NCBI RefSeq assembly: GCF_963921235.1
Contig: NC_086108.1
Span: 90,522,001 to 90,586,000, forward strand
Direction of reading: 5' to 3'
Length of the DNA: 64,000 bases
Source of the DNA: Mobula hypostoma
Taxonomy: Eukaryota
Numbering within the stretch: position 1 is the stretch's first letter; each line of letters starts with the position of its first letter. Made by a program: the position numbers and the translations under genes. The notes under the pieces are model-generated. The model was not told the DNA's origin. It was given only the letters and a program-made list of their open reading frames with translations, and ran no database searches. Positions 62,129 to 64,000 of this stretch are shown piece by piece.

Positions 62129-62543
62129 CACTACTACAGGGCGTGACGACCCTGCCTTACACGAGTCCCGGGCTCAGCTGGCTCCGGCTGACAGTACCCG
62201 GTATGGGCCCCTATCCAGGGTTACGGATCCCACTGCCTTGTGGGTATCTTTGGGAGAAGAGAAGGCTGAGCAGTAAACCCTACACAAATCCGGAGTGGAG
62301 CCCCTAAGGCGGTTGGATGACGTATCACATCACCTCCTGGCAGCTCCTGCAGCCAAGCTGATGCCAAATGTACTGCTTCGCATTCCTTTGGACCACATCC
62401 GTGAGGCCGAGAGGGGGATCTTGATGTCTGGGCAGCCCAGGAACTCCATATTCATCGTCTAGGTCTGCGCCCCAGAAAGGACCGGGCACATCCATTGTCT
62501 AATTAGACAGATGGAGCCATTATTATTATTATTATTATTATTA
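62129..62543 (+). mobile_element. Non-autonomous retroposon (RTE-like 5' region, 3' stem-loop, (ATT)n tail)
   Basis: A GC/CpG-rich 415-bp insert with a terminal hairpin CCAT-TGTCT-AATT-AGACA-G-ATGG followed by (ATT)8. It is flanked by ATATGT (62123-62128 and 62544-62549). Confidence 0.7.
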
Positions 62544-63129
62544 ATATGTAGAGGAAATACAGTCTTGTAGATCTGCTGCTAATAATCTCTTTCTAAATGC
62601 AGCCTGATTTTAAATTGCGAGGCTCTGCATGGCACAGATTGCTGTCGCATTGTGCGTGTAGCATGCATAGCTCACCCAACATGGCTGAAAAATGCTTTCA
62701 GCAGATGACATGCTTAATCCGATTATGCCAAGAGCATGGAAAATTAACAATGTAGAAACAAAATCAATTATTTACCACTTCCAGGTAAGTAAATTCATTA
62801 AAGTAAGCTCTTGAGCTCAAGTTCTTTGTAAAAATAAAATGTAAATTACCTAATACTTACCAATAACTTACTCACTGATAAGCAACTTACTCAATTACAC
62901 AAGCAACTTCAGTTGCCGAAATCTGGAGCAACAGAAAATCTGCTGGAGGATCTCAGCAAGTCAAGCAGCATCTGTTACAGGGGAAGAAGTTGTTGATGAT
63001 TCGGGAAGAAATGCTGCATCATTGGGCTCATTTTACTTCATTGAAGATATATATATTCCTCAATGCTAGAAAGTTCTTAAAATCCATCTTGTAACTTTAC
63101 TTGTACACCAAAGTAGAAATCAATCCTAT

Positions 63130-63300
63130 TCTTCTATCCTTCCCGTTATCCTCTTTCCCCTCCTCTCACCTTTTTATTCTGGCATCTTCCATCTTTCTTT
63201 CCAGTCCTGAAGAAGGGTCTCGGCCTGAAACATCAGCTGCTTATTCATTTCCATAGATGCCGCCCGACCTGCAGAGTTCCTCCAGCATTTTGTGTGTGTT
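63130..63300 (+). mobile_element. PLE terminal repeat, with a degenerate minus-strand relative at about 62910-63020
   Basis: TTTTATTCTGGCATCTTCC..CCAGTCCTGAAGAAGGGTCTCGGCCTGAAAC..GAGTTCCTCCAGCATTTTGTGTGTG. Confidence 0.9.
63202..63239 (+). ncRNA. Minimal type I hammerhead ribozyme (best-preserved copy in the window)
   Basis: CAGTC-CTGAAGA-A-GGGT-CTCG-GCCT-GAA-ACAT-C-AGCTG. Both boxes and the UC cleavage site are intact, and stems I and II are mostly paired. Confidence 0.7.
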
Positions 63301-64000
63301 GATTCAGAAATCCATTGCTTATGTGATGGAAATTATTCAGAAAGAGTTGCATTAGGAAATCTCCTCGCTTTTGAAACATTTAATTGCATCCTGATGAATG
63401 TTTTTTTTACCTCTTTCACATGTGTGCATTTCATGAAATACTAAATAATTGTACACCTTTATTATTCTATAATTGCACATTAGAATCTGCACAACACTTT
63501 AGTCAGGGGATAACTTATTACCACATTAAAAAAATAGGTCAGTGGTAACGTCACTTGATGATCATCAACCACAAGGGCTTAAAACCTACCCGTCATGCAT
63601 TCCTTAACAGCAGCTGATATTTTACTAGGACTACCTAGGTGCAGCACTAGTGTAATTACCTAGCTGTCAGTGTGATAAGTGGGATTAATGGCGGGCTGAT
63701 GCACTTTAGTCTGCAGAGTGGTTAGAGAATTGCAAGATGGGATTATTATTATAGGTACTTGTCTGTACCAAGGTAATCACAGCAGTGGAAAAATGGCTGC
63801 AATTTACTATAGCATTGCCCTGCCTCATTAACATTTGACATTTTCAACAGCTGTTTATTTGTGAACCTGTTCAATAATAAAGGTAAAACAAATTGGTAAA
63901 GACTTTTACTGAAGTGCTGCTATTGTCTGTATCTTATTACAATGCTACAAAACACAAGTTTAACCAAGACCGGTTACATATTTTGAGTATTGAAACATTC

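Noticed and set aside
1..64000. Many 60-160 aa ORFs in the supplied track, and any prokaryotic-style system (operon, CRISPR, prophage)
   Set aside because: The ORFs are transposon fragments, their antisense frames or chance ORFs. The sequence is vertebrate and shows no operon structure, repeat-spacer array, rRNA or intact tRNA.

Overview
This is eukaryotic, AT-rich, CpG-depleted vertebrate DNA. The repeat content (CR1/HER1-type LINEs with TCTATGTT/TCTTATG tails, V-SINE and Deu-domain SINEs, and an abundant Penelope-type GATGCTGCCTGNCCTGCTGAGTTCCTCCAGCA repeat) points to a cartilaginous fish, probably a ray. That assignment is inference. I could not confidently identify any host protein-coding exon, and nearly all interpretable ORFs in the track are transposon fragments or their antisense shadows. 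The window is a densely nested collection of decayed transposons: CR1, Rex1/Babar, RTE-type, Hero (RLE-type), two Penelope-like families, Tc1, Tigger/pogo and hAT derivatives, and a solo LTR. AT-rich, transposon-poor blocks that look like regulatory DNA lie between them. The most interesting signal is at the RNA level. About a dozen Penelope-derived repeats carry all or part of a minimal type I hammerhead ribozyme core, with the consensus read here as CAGTC-CTGAWGA-A-GGGT-CTCR-GCCC-GAA-ACGT-C-GACTG. A second Penelope family carries an independent hammerhead. The Hero element 3' UTR holds a hammerhead-like core in a non-standard, permuted order. Family names come from motif recognition, not database searches, and the boundaries of old fragments are approximate.
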